Shown here piece after piece: positions 31,593-40,193 of a DNA stretch of 64,000 bases. The translations under genes were made by a program, and so were the position numbers. Numbering within the stretch: position 1 is the first letter of the stretch; the number at the start of each line of letters is the position of its first letter. Below the pieces are notes generated by a model. The model saw nothing but the letters and a program-made list of their open reading frames with translations, did not search any database and had not been told where the DNA came from. The stretch lies in assembly GCF_988243305.1 (NCBI RefSeq), contig NZ_OZ547136.1; one strand, given 5' to 3'.

Positions 31593-32992
31593 GCGCTGGC
31601 CTCCGTGGGTGTTTCTGCTTTGGGGATGGGGGCGGTCCAGTTGCGTAGGTCGATTTTTCCGGTGACGGCAGCGGAGATAAGGGCGGTGCGGCGTTCCTGG
31701 ATTAGCATTATTGCTTGATTGGTTTTAAATATTATGAGATCAATTTGTGCGCATTTTTCATTCAAGGCGTTGACGATTGATTGTGCTTCACCCAATGGGG
31801 GAAATATAAACTTGGTTGTTTTAAAGTCACCTAATGAAACTCTTTTTCTTGTTCCCTCAATACTAATGTTATTAATGGTTTGTCGCCCAAAATTTGAGTT
31901 CAATAGATATGCTATGAAATGTGCATTGAAGGTTTTTTTATTAACTCTTACTCTCATAACATCTTGCGTTATGACAGCATCTGGTTCATTTTTAGGATAA
32001 ACGCACGCTTCTCCTGGGGGATCTCCGACTTTTGAAAAAATCACATCATTTGAGGATAATTTACATATTTCAAGCTGTTGGGCTTTTTGATGAGTAACAT
32101 ATACAGTACTTTTTCTGTTATAACCTGTCGCTTTTATATCTCGAATGTATACGACAGGTACCCCTTCTTCTTTCAATTCACTTGCTAGTAAATCACTTCC
32201 AAATGGCCCATTTACGAAGCATCCTTTAGTTTCATCACCAGTATTGGCTAATTTACTCTTAAACCAGTGGGAGGGTGCTTCGCCTAATCCTGTTAAACCA
32301 GAATCTTTCATCGGCACATCAGGATTTAGCCCTTTGGTCACCGCATGGCTAATCACTGCCTGACGTTTTTCTTTAAGTAGTTCAATGAGTTGTTGTTGTT
32401 TCTCGATCAGGTCATCGATTTTTGCTGTTTCATGATCAAGGAAAAGTGCAATCTTAGAAGATTCATCATTACGAGGTTTTGGGCATTGTATATCGCCTAA
32501 AAGTTCAAGGTTTAAACCGTCTCGTAAATCACCGCCAGCCATGTTACGTATATTCTGATAATTAGAAATGAGCCACCAAAATATATAGCGAGATTGATTC
32601 TTTTTATACAATACAATGGCCGCCATGGATTGGTTACAAGTGGTATTAATACCAAGTTGTGCAACCATACCTTTGGTTTTTCCCTGCCCAGCTAAAGCGA
32701 CAACAAGTGCCCCTTTTGGTATCCACTTGGCACTACTATTTTCAAGTGCAGCGTTAGATATATATGTGGATGGCTCGACTATATAACCTTGATTTACTGC
32801 TCCAGAACTAATCCAGGGAACTGTACCATTCTCCCAATAATCAATAACATTTTTGGAGGGAGTTCCTCCTGCAAAAATATTGGATAGCCACCTCAGCTTA
32901 GTTTTTTTCCAGTTTAGTGGTAATTCATTACACCACTCCATCCCAGAATCCCTATACTCCGGATACGCCTGATATTTATTTAACCCCGCCAT
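31589..32992 (-). CDS. hsdS: Type I R-M specificity subunit (HsdS), two target-recognition domains
   Basis: 467-aa ORF. Two variable TRDs are separated by a conserved helical spacer (IALFLDHETAKIDDLIEKQQQLIELLKEKRQAVISHAVTKGL), with a matching C-terminal helix (LIQERRTALISAAVTGKIDLRNW). The ATG shares one base with the hsdM stop (TGATG). Confidence 0.92.
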   Translation of the reverse strand: MAGLNKYQAYPEYRDSGMEWCNELPLNWKKTKLRWLSNIFAGGTPSKNVIDYWENGTVPWISSGAVNQGYIVEPSTYISNAALENSSAKWIPKGALVVALAGQGKTKGMVAQLGINTTCNQSMAAIVLYKKNQSRYIFWWLISNYQNIRNMAGGDLRDGLNLELLGDIQCPKPRNDESSKIALFLDHETAKIDDLIEKQQQLIELLKEKRQAVISHAVTKGLNPDVPMKDSGLTGLGEAPSHWFKSKLANTGDETKGCFVNGPFGSDLLASELKEEGVPVVYIRDIKATGYNRKSTVYVTHQKAQQLEICKLSSNDVIFSKVGDPPGEACVYPKNEPDAVITQDVMRVRVNKKTFNAHFIAYLLNSNFGRQTINNISIEGTRKRVSLGDFKTTKFIFPPLGEAQSIVNALNEKCAQIDLIIFKTNQAIMLIQERRTALISAAVTGKIDLRNWTAPIPKAETPTEASA

Positions 32993-35346
32993 CAGGAATG
33001 TACCTCCTGCAACAGTTTCATAATCTCAGCGCTTACCGCATCCAAATCAGCATCAATCTCCTCCAACGGTCGCGGCGGTGTATAAACATAAAAATGACGA
33101 TTAAACGGAATTTCATACCCCACAATCCCGATATCCCCATCTTTCGCATCGCGTTTATCGGCATTGATCCACGCATCCGCAACATGCGGCAATACTTCCG
33201 CTTTGAAGTAATCCTCGATCAACTCGTTGGTAGATACCGCCGGATTTAACGGCACATTCTCGTTATCACGCAGGTCGCCATCCGATTCAAACTCCACAAC
33301 CTTTCCGTGGTACTCAAACGCGCCGTACAGCGGTTGGGGCGCTTCTTTCAGAACCTTGCTGATTACCGGCTCGGCGTCCGGGTTTTTGCGGGTGATAGCA
33401 TCGATAAACTGCTTGTTCTCTTTCGCATCCAGCTTCACGCCTGCGGTTCTGAGCGCCTCTTTCAGCGTCAACTGGAACTGATTAAAGTCATTGCTAACAG
33501 TCTCTTTGCCACCCGCCAGCATCCTCATCGCTGCCTGAATACGCCGCGCTTTTTCCATTAACCCGCGCTGGGCCAGCCATAATTTGCTGTCGAGCAGATC
33601 TTTAATTTGCTTCTCTTTCAGCTCGCTAAAATCGGCTTTAAGAATGGCGCGGGCTTCACTTTCTACCGCTGTTAAGTCGCCGTAATTACCGTCCTGCCAC
33701 TGGAAAGCAAAGGCGTCATACAGTTGCGCCATCGGCGCGTTAAACGGCTTCGGCGCAAAGCGCAATGTGGCAATGGCGTCATCACTTATCTGAGCCGACA
33801 GGCGTAACGGGCGCTCAACGGTGATGCGACGATAGCCAAACTCGGTGCTGTGAAAGACTTTGCTGGCAAAGGTTTTTGCCGCCTCGGTTTTGGTTGTTGC
33901 GGGCTGGCGTCCCCGGCTGGATTTTTGTTCGGGTGCTTTCTCCAGGCCTAACGCCGCAAGCGTAGTGGTGGCAACGGGTTCGAAATCGCCAAACGTGCGG
34001 GTGATTAAACCAATATCCTCCTCCCCGAGAATATTACGTTTTGATCCCAGCGATTTACGCATCTTTCCGCACAGGTTGCTGCCGTCGATTAGCTGGACTT
34101 TACCTTTGCGTTCTGGCGCTTTTTTGTTAGACAGCACCCAAACATAGGTAGCGATACCGGTGTTGTAAAACATATCGGTGGGCAGGGCGATAATGCCTTC
34201 CAGCAAATCCGCTTCCAGAATGTAGCGGCGGATCTCGCTTTCACCGCTGCCTGCGCCGCCGGTGAATAACGGCGAACCATTAAGAATGATGCCGATCCGT
34301 CCGCCACCGCTTTTGGCATCGCGCATTTTGCTGATCAGATGCAGCAGAAACAGCAACGAACCGTCGGAGACTCGGGGCAGGCCGGGGCCAAAGCGACCAT
34401 CAGCACCTTTGAGTTTGTGCTCGTTGTTGATGTCGGTTTCTATCTTTTTCCAGTCCACGCCGAAAGGTGGATTAGAGAGCATGTAATCGAATTTTTCTGC
34501 GGGGAGCTGATCGTTGGAAAGGGTGTTGCCGAGTTTGATAAGGCTGACATCCTGGCCCTTAATCAGCATGTCGGCTTTGCAGATGGCGTAGGATTCCGGG
34601 TTTAACTCCTGACCAAACGCGCGCATCACGGCATTGGGGTTTTGTTTGTGGACGTACTCCATGCCGGAGGAGAGAAAGCCGCCGGTTCCCGCCGTTGGGT
34701 CGTAAATGGTGCGAATGATACCGTCTTTATTGAGTGCATCATCATCATCGAAAAACACCAGCGAGGTGGTCAGATTGACGATATCACGCGGGGTAAAGTG
34801 CTCCCCGGCGGTTTCGTTAGAACTCTCGGCAAAACGTCGGATCAGCTCCTCAAATACCAGCCCCATATCGTGGTTGGTGACGTGCTCCGGGTATAAATCT
34901 GCTTTAGCGAATATTTGCACCACTTTGAACAGTAAGTTTGCATCCGCCAGCTGTCCGACAAACTCGCTGAACTTGAAGTGTTCGAAAATTTCGCGGGCAT
35001 CCGAAGAGAACGACTGGATGTAGTTTTCCAGGTTGTCCTGTATGCCATTTTGCCCCATTTTGCTGAGATCCATCGCTGAGGCATTGAAGAACGTGAGGCC
35101 ATTAGTCGCCCGCAGGATCATTTTCTCCTGGGCTTCCTCCGGCAGTTTCATGGCTTTTACTTTTTGCGCCTCGGTAATGACCGCGTCTTTCGTTGTTTCG
35201 AGTACGCATTCCAGACGACGCAAAAGGGTAAAAGGAAGAATAATTCGTCCATATTGTGATTGTTTAAAATCGCCGCGTAACAGGTCGGCGACAGACCACA
35301 GGAAGGCTGCAATCTGGCTGAAATTAGTTGATGACATAAAAAGCAT
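32992..35346 (-). CDS. hsdM: Type I R-M N6-adenine methyltransferase subunit (HsdM), unusually long (784 aa)
   Basis: The HsdM N-terminal domain reads [38 protein letters not shown]. The AdoMet motif is [12 protein letters not shown] and the catalytic motif IV is LSNPPFG. About 250-300 extra residues lie between the MTase core and a conserved-looking C-terminal tail ([33 protein letters not shown]). Confidence 0.9.
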   Translation of the reverse strand: MLFMSSTNFSQIAAFLWSVADLLRGDFKQSQYGRIILPFTLLRRLECVLETTKDAVITEAQKVKAMKLPEEAQEKMILRATNGLTFFNASAMDLSKMGQNGIQDNLENYIQSFSSDAREIFEHFKFSEFVGQLADANLLFKVVQIFAKADLYPEHVTNHDMGLVFEELIRRFAESSNETAGEHFTPRDIVNLTTSLVFFDDDDALNKDGIIRTIYDPTAGTGGFLSSGMEYVHKQNPNAVMRAFGQELNPESYAICKADMLIKGQDVSLIKLGNTLSNDQLPAEKFDYMLSNPPFGVDWKKIETDINNEHKLKGADGRFGPGLPRVSDGSLLFLLHLISKMRDAKSGGGRIGIILNGSPLFTGGAGSGESEIRRYILEADLLEGIIALPTDMFYNTGIATYVWVLSNKKAPERKGKVQLIDGSNLCGKMRKSLGSKRNILGEEDIGLITRTFGDFEPVATTTLAALGLEKAPEQKSSRGRQPATTKTEAAKTFASKVFHSTEFGYRRITVERPLRLSAQISDDAIATLRFAPKPFNAPMAQLYDAFAFQWQDGNYGDLTAVESEARAILKADFSELKEKQIKDLLDSKLWLAQRGLMEKARRIQAAMRMLAGGKETVSNDFNQFQLTLKEALRTAGVKLDAKENKQFIDAITRKNPDAEPVISKVLKEAPQPLYGAFEYHGKVVEFESDGDLRDNENVPLNPAVSTNELIEDYFKAEVLPHVADAWINADKRDAKDGDIGIVGYEIPFNRHFYVYTPPRPLEEIDADLDAVSAEIMKLLQEVHS

Positions 35347-35621
35347 TCCTTGCCCTGAAAAAGAGGGGGATATTCAATGTGAAGTGAATGCTTTGTTATA
35401 TCAAACTATTGCTGTGATGATCAAAAACACGATCATTTTCAATACGTTATAAATATGAATTGGAAATATTAATTGTTCTAATGAATGCGTGTTGAGGTGT
35501 TTCTTAATATATTTTGATTTATCCTGGAATGGTATTTTTGCAGAAACAAAGACGCTAACTTTTATTTTTTATTCGCAGCATAATGACGCCGTTTGCCAGT
35601 GCAATTTGACAGGAGTCATTC

Positions 35622-37721
35622 ATGAAAGCCACCGAAGCCCGATTACTCGATTTTCTAAAACGCTCTCAGCAATTCGTTATTCCCATTTATCAGCGTACTT
35701 ATTCATGGTCAGAGGAACAGTGCCGCCAGCTCTGGGACGATGTAATACGTGCCGGGCAGCGTGATGATATCCCGGCGCATTTTATCGGCTCGGTGGTGTA
35801 TATCGAACAGGGCCTATATCAGGTTTCGGGGATCTCTCCCTTACTGGTGATTGACGGTCAGCAACGCCTGACAACGGCGATGTTATTGCTGGAAGCGTTG
35901 TCCAGACACCTTGGCGATGACGAGGTGATGGATGGTTTCTCCGCCATGAAATTACGAAACTATTATCTGCTCAATCCGTATGAATCGGGCGAGCGTGGAT
36001 TTAAGTTACTGCTTACGCAAACGGACAGAGAGAGCCTGCTGGCATTGATTAGACAAAAACCGCTGGCAGAAAATTGCTCTCTACGCGTGAAAGAGAATTT
36101 TGAGTTTTTCCATGAGCAAATAGGCAAACTCCACGGCAATTTCACCGCGTTATGTCAGGGCCTTTCCAAACTGCTGATTGTGGATGTCGCCTTGAATCGC
36201 GGTCAGGATAATCCGCAACTAATCTTTGAAAGCATGAACTCAACAGGAAAAGCGCTGAGTCAGGCGGATCTAGTACGCAACTATGTTCTGATGGGGCTGG
36301 AGCCAGAACATCAAAGCCAACTGTACGACGATTACTGGCGGCCCATGGAGCTGGCGTTTGGTCAGAAGGGATACACTGACTATTTCGACAGTTTTATGCG
36401 TAATTACCTGACGGTAAAAACAGGTGAGATTCCGCGAATTGGTGATGTCTATGAAGCCTTTAAACGCTATGCGCGAAAACCTGGCGTAATAGATAGCGGG
36501 ATGGAGGCGCTGGTTGCGGATATTCGTACCTATGCGGATTATTTTTGTGCGATGGCGCTGGATAGCGAAAAAGACAAAATATTAAAGATGGCGTTTCAGG
36601 ATCTACGTGAGCTGAAAGTCGATGCCGCCTGGCCGTTCCTGTTGGTGCTTTATCACGACTATAAACAGGGAATTCTTTCTGCCGCGGATTTTTTAAGTGC
36701 CACGCGTTTAATTGAGTCGTATATCTTCCGGCGCGCAGTCTGTGCCATTCCCACTAACTCATTTACTAAAACCTTCGCCACGTTTTACAAAGTGCTGGAT
36801 AAAGAGCGTTATCTGGAGAGCATTGCGGCACATTTGCTGGAACTGCCTTCCTACCGTCGTTTCCCGGATGATGATGAATTTCAACGTGAACTGAAAACTC
36901 GCGACCTCTACAACTTCCGTAATCGCAGCTATTGGCTACGTAGATTTGAAAACCACGATCGTAAAGAACGGGCCTATGTTGACACTTATACGATTGAACA
37001 TATCATGCCGCAGAACCCTAATTTATCGGCGAAGTGGCGCGATGACCTTGGTCCGGAATGGAAGCGAATCCATAAAAAGTGGCTCCATACGTTGGGTAAT
37101 TTAACGTTAACTGGCTATAACTCAAGCTACAGCGACCGTCCATTTGCGAAGAAGCGAGATATAAAAGGTGGCTTTAAGGAAAGTCCATTACGCCTGAACA
37201 CGGGGTTAGGGCAATGTGAAATATGGGATCGTGCAGCGATACAAAAGAGAGCGGAACGTCTGTCCGAGCTGGCAATAGACGTCTGGGCGATCCCCAAACT
37301 TTCGGAAGACGTGTTGGCTCGTTATCGCACCGTCGTTGAACGAGGAACGGGATATGTCCTTGCTGATTTCCCGCAACTTGAAGAAGGTACGCACATCCGC
37401 GTACTTTTTGACAGCCTTTCTGATGCCGTTATGACGCTGGACGCTGGGGTTACGCGAGAAATATTGAAGCTCTATGTTGCCTTCAAAGCGGAGACGAATT
37501 TTGTTGATGTGGTGCCGCAAAAAAGTCGCTTACGTTTATCACTAAATATGCCATTCCATGAACTGGTTGACCCAAAATGTATGGCTAAAGATGTCACAGA
37601 TATAGGCCGTTGGGGCAATGGCGATGTTGAAATAGGTTTCAGCGATCTTTCTGAGCTTCCTTATGTGATGGGATTAATTCGTCAGGCATTTGAAAAGCAG
37701 ATGGATAACGCGATGGTTTAA
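35622..37721 (+). CDS. GmrSD/BrxU/SspE-like type IV restriction-type protein (DUF262 ParB-like NTPase + DUF1524 His-Me nuclease + extra C-terminal domain)
   Basis: - The ORF is 699 aa with a caggag Shine-Dalgarno.
- The DUF262 signatures are FVIPIYQRTYSWSEEQCRQLWDD and VIDGQQRLTT.
- The DUF1524 signatures are YTIEHIMPQNP and HTLGNLTLTGYNSSYSDRPF.
- About 150 aa of C-terminal extension is unassigned.
- The gene is divergent from hsdM. Confidence 0.85.
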   Translation: MKATEARLLDFLKRSQQFVIPIYQRTYSWSEEQCRQLWDDVIRAGQRDDIPAHFIGSVVYIEQGLYQVSGISPLLVIDGQQRLTTAMLLLEALSRHLGDDEVMDGFSAMKLRNYYLLNPYESGERGFKLLLTQTDRESLLALIRQKPLAENCSLRVKENFEFFHEQIGKLHGNFTALCQGLSKLLIVDVALNRGQDNPQLIFESMNSTGKALSQADLVRNYVLMGLEPEHQSQLYDDYWRPMELAFGQKGYTDYFDSFMRNYLTVKTGEIPRIGDVYEAFKRYARKPGVIDSGMEALVADIRTYADYFCAMALDSEKDKILKMAFQDLRELKVDAAWPFLLVLYHDYKQGILSAADFLSATRLIESYIFRRAVCAIPTNSFTKTFATFYKVLDKERYLESIAAHLLELPSYRRFPDDDEFQRELKTRDLYNFRNRSYWLRRFENHDRKERAYVDTYTIEHIMPQNPNLSAKWRDDLGPEWKRIHKKWLHTLGNLTLTGYNSSYSDRPFAKKRDIKGGFKESPLRLNTGLGQCEIWDRAAIQKRAERLSELAIDVWAIPKLSEDVLARYRTVVERGTGYVLADFPQLEEGTHIRVLFDSLSDAVMTLDAGVTREILKLYVAFKAETNFVDVVPQKSRLRLSLNMPFHELVDPKCMAKDVTDIGRWGNGDVEIGFSDLSELPYVMGLIRQAFEKQMDNAMV

Positions 37722-37764
37722 TATGGAATAATATCCTCTTTACCATGCAATCAAGGATCCTCTA

Positions 37765-38499
37765 ATGACAACCAAACTACTGGACCTGAGCTGGAATGCA
37801 AATGCCATCCCGGCGATGCAAATTGTCGGTACGCGCGCGGCCTTGTTTACCTTCAAAACGCATATGGCAGGGTTTGTCTGGGATGCCGCGCAACTGGAAA
37901 ATAACCCCTATACCTTTGTTGAAGTTAAAACGCTGCTCGATGGCGTCACCGTTGGCGGGCATAAGGTCAGTGATACTGAGCAGGTGTTGAACCTGGCAGA
38001 TAGCGCAAAAAAACTGATTGAACTTGTGCAATCCGGGCGTTTCGATCTTGATAAGAAAACGTTCACGTTGCTTAACGGCATTATTGCGCGTAATGAGGCG
38101 CTGGAGTGGGGCGTTTTTCGCGGCGAAGGTGATGAGTTACATTACAATGCGCGCGTTCACCTCGGCGAGTTGGGCACCCATTTCCCACCAGCCACAGAAG
38201 CAGGTGCACCTGAACTGAATCGAATATTCGCCGCAGGTGTGGCACAAATAAAAGAGATGCCACCGTTCGAAGGGGCGCTGGCAATGTTTTTATTTGGTGC
38301 TTATTTTCAGTTTTTCTTTGATGGCAACAAGCGTACCAGTCGCCATATGATGAACGGCTGGTTAATGCGCCACGGTTACAATCCCATTAGTGTACCCGCA
38401 GCTCGTGCGCTGGAGTTCAACAGCAAAATGGTGCGCTTTTATCACAGCAAAGATGCCAGTGAAATGATGGCATTTTTGGTGGATTGCTATCAGGTTTGA
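37765..38499 (+). CDS. Fic/Doc (Fido) superfamily protein with a degenerate, Doc-like core motif
   Basis: - The ORF is 244 aa with an aagga Shine-Dalgarno, 43 nt after the upstream GmrSD-like gene.
- A Fic-type N-terminal helix region is present (LENNPYTFVEVKTLLDGVTVGGHKVSDTEQVLNLADSAKKL).
- The core motif is QFFFDGNKRTSR (aa 182-193, nt 38308-38343), versus the canonical Fic HxFx(D/E)GNGRxxR and the Doc HxFx(D/N)(A/G)NKR. Confidence 0.75.
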   Translation: MTTKLLDLSWNANAIPAMQIVGTRAALFTFKTHMAGFVWDAAQLENNPYTFVEVKTLLDGVTVGGHKVSDTEQVLNLADSAKKLIELVQSGRFDLDKKTFTLLNGIIARNEALEWGVFRGEGDELHYNARVHLGELGTHFPPATEAGAPELNRIFAAGVAQIKEMPPFEGALAMFLFGAYFQFFFDGNKRTSRHMMNGWLMRHGYNPISVPAARALEFNSKMVRFYHSKDASEMMAFLVDCYQV

Positions 38500-38564
38500 A
38501 TAAGTGCTGGATGGTGTCCCAATGCTGCCATCCAGCCCCTTCATATCAACTTCCCTATCTTTTC

Positions 38565-38651
38565 CTAAAACGTGATGCTATTTCCAACATTCGAATCATC
38601 AGTGCACGAAAAGCAGATCGTAAAGAGAGGAATCGCTATGAGCATGGTTAA
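38565..38651 (+). pseudogene. brnT: 5'-truncated remnant of a BrnT (DUF497) toxin gene
   Basis: Read by hand in the frame of nt 38592. It encodes ...LKRDAISNIRIISARKADRKERNRYEHG and stops at TAA 38649-38651. IRIISARKA..KER..YE is the conserved BrnT C-terminus. Only about 30 of roughly 90 codons remain. The remnant overlaps the brnA-like start by 14 nt, as in intact brnTA operons. Confidence 0.65.
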
Positions 38652-38940
38652 ACATAAACGAGGGACCTCCTCTACACTCGATGTGCAGCATGAGGCCGAA
38701 TTGAAGGCGCTGGCGAATAAATTCGACGAAGAGATTGATTACAGCGATATCCCACCTTCCAGCGATGAGCAATGGTCTAACGCAGAACGCGGTAAGTTTT
38801 ATCGGCCATTGAAAACCCAGGCTTCGGTGCGTATTGATGCTGATGTGATGGAATGGCTGAAGCGACCTGGTAAAGGCTATCAAACTCGCCTGAACGCAAT
38901 TTTACGTGAAGCGATGCTGCGCGATCAGAACAAAAAATAA
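38638..38940 (+). CDS. brnA: BrnA-like antitoxin (DUF4415/RHH family), apparently orphaned
   Basis: 100 aa from MSMVKHKRG, with an agagagg Shine-Dalgarno; the track start at 38572 was rejected. The motif IDYSDIPPSSDEQWSNAERGKFYRPLKTQASVRIDADVMEWLKRPGKGYQTRLNAILREAM is typical of BrnA/DUF4415. Confidence 0.75.
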   Translation: MSMVKHKRGTSSTLDVQHEAELKALANKFDEEIDYSDIPPSSDEQWSNAERGKFYRPLKTQASVRIDADVMEWLKRPGKGYQTRLNAILREAMLRDQNKK

Positions 38941-38944
38941 TTCA

Positions 38945-38962
38945 GGCCGCCACATGGCGGCC
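38945..38962. terminator. Short GC hairpin between convergent brnA-like and yjiA
   Basis: The arm ggccgcc (38945-38951) pairs with ggcggcc (38956-38962) around the loop acat. Confidence 0.45.
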
Positions 38963-38973
38963 ATCATCCAAAA

Positions 38974-39930
38974 TTACTTCCTCAACCCCGCAAACGCCGC
39001 CCGAATCTCATCCTCCGGCAGCTGAATCCCGATAAACACCATCGTGCTATGCGGTTTTTCATCGCCCCACGGCCTGTCCCAGTCGGCGCTGTAGAGGCGC
39101 TGGACGCCCTGGAACAGCAGGCGGTTAGGTTCGCCGTCAATCCACAGCATCCCTTTGTAACGCAGCAGTTTATCTGCCGATTCCAGCAGCAGGTTTTCCA
39201 TCACGCGGGAAACTTCGCTGATATCTACCGGGTAATCCAGTTCCACCACAATCGACGAAATATCGTTTTGTTTATCCGCGATAAAGTGGAAACGCGGTTT
39301 GGTGCTGACGACGTTTTCTTCCAGCATAAAACCGTTGGTGTTGAACAACAGGCCCAGGTCGATGTCGCCGTGGGTGACGGTGTAGACCGGCGCGCGGGCG
39401 TTGATGCGTGCCAGACGTTCACGCAGTTTCTCTGCTTCGCCTGCGACGTCGGTTTTAGTCAGCAGAATACGGTCGGCGTAGCCAACCTGGGACTGGGCGA
39501 TGGTGAACTGGTTCATCTGCTCATCGGCATGTACCGCATCCACCAGCGCAATCACGCCGTCCAGCAGGTAGCGCTGGCATAAAATCTCATGGGAGAAAAA
39601 GGTCTGAATAATCGGGCCAGGATCGGCCATGCCGGTGCATTCAATGACCAGACGGTCGAACTGAATATTGCCCTTGTCGAGATTGTCCAGCAGGTCGAGT
39701 AGCGCGTCCTCCAGCTCGTTGGAGCGCGAACAGCAGATGCAGCCGTTGGTCAGCGTTTTGATCTGCGTGGCGCGGTCGCCAATCAGTTGATCATCAACGG
39801 AGACTTCGCCGAATTCGTTTTCAATCACGGCAATCTTGTAGCCGTGTTGTTCGTTAAGAATATGGCGCAGCAGGGTAGTTTTGCCCGCGCCTAAAAAACC
39901 GGTGAGTAGGGTCACTGCAATCGGGTTCAT
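38974..39930 (-). CDS. yjiA: COG0523 metal-binding GTPase YjiA
   Basis: The track ORF is 346 aa. The start MNPIAVTLLTGFLGAGKTTLL gives 318 aa. It has a P-loop and the GCICCS metal motif. The position is as in K-12. Confidence 0.92.
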   Translation of the reverse strand: MNPIAVTLLTGFLGAGKTTLLRHILNEQHGYKIAVIENEFGEVSVDDQLIGDRATQIKTLTNGCICCSRSNELEDALLDLLDNLDKGNIQFDRLVIECTGMADPGPIIQTFFSHEILCQRYLLDGVIALVDAVHADEQMNQFTIAQSQVGYADRILLTKTDVAGEAEKLRERLARINARAPVYTVTHGDIDLGLLFNTNGFMLEENVVSTKPRFHFIADKQNDISSIVVELDYPVDISEVSRVMENLLLESADKLLRYKGMLWIDGEPNRLLFQGVQRLYSADWDRPWGDEKPHSTMVFIGIQLPEDEIRAAFAGLRK

Positions 39931-39940
39931 GCTCTCTCCA

Positions 39941-40144
39941 TTAACAACAGCGCATACCGCCTTTACCATCGCCGCCGTAGCGCGCGTTCTGGCGTTCGCG
40001 GAAGAATTCTTCATAGCTCATGTACGGCTTGTCGGGATGGTTGGTCTTCATATGCTCGACGTAGTTGTCGTAGTCTGGAATGCCAATCAACATCTTCGCC
40101 GCCTGGCCGAGATATTTTTTTGCCTGTCCTAAGTTACCAAACAT
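39941..40144 (-). CDS. yjiX: YbdD/YjiX-family small protein
   Basis: 67-aa ORF ([52 protein letters not shown]...). It lies immediately downstream of btsT, as in K-12. Confidence 0.9.
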
Positions 40145-40193
40145 AGTTCACTCTGATAAGAACAAAGCCCCGCCGAAGCGGGGCTAAACACGG

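Noticed and set aside
38572-38637. Upstream start (MMLFPTFESS...) for the brnA-like gene, as given in the ORF track
   Set aside because: No Shine-Dalgarno precedes it. The ATG at 38638 has an agagagg Shine-Dalgarno and gives the typical ~100-aa BrnA length. The upstream stretch is better explained, in another frame, as the brnT remnant.
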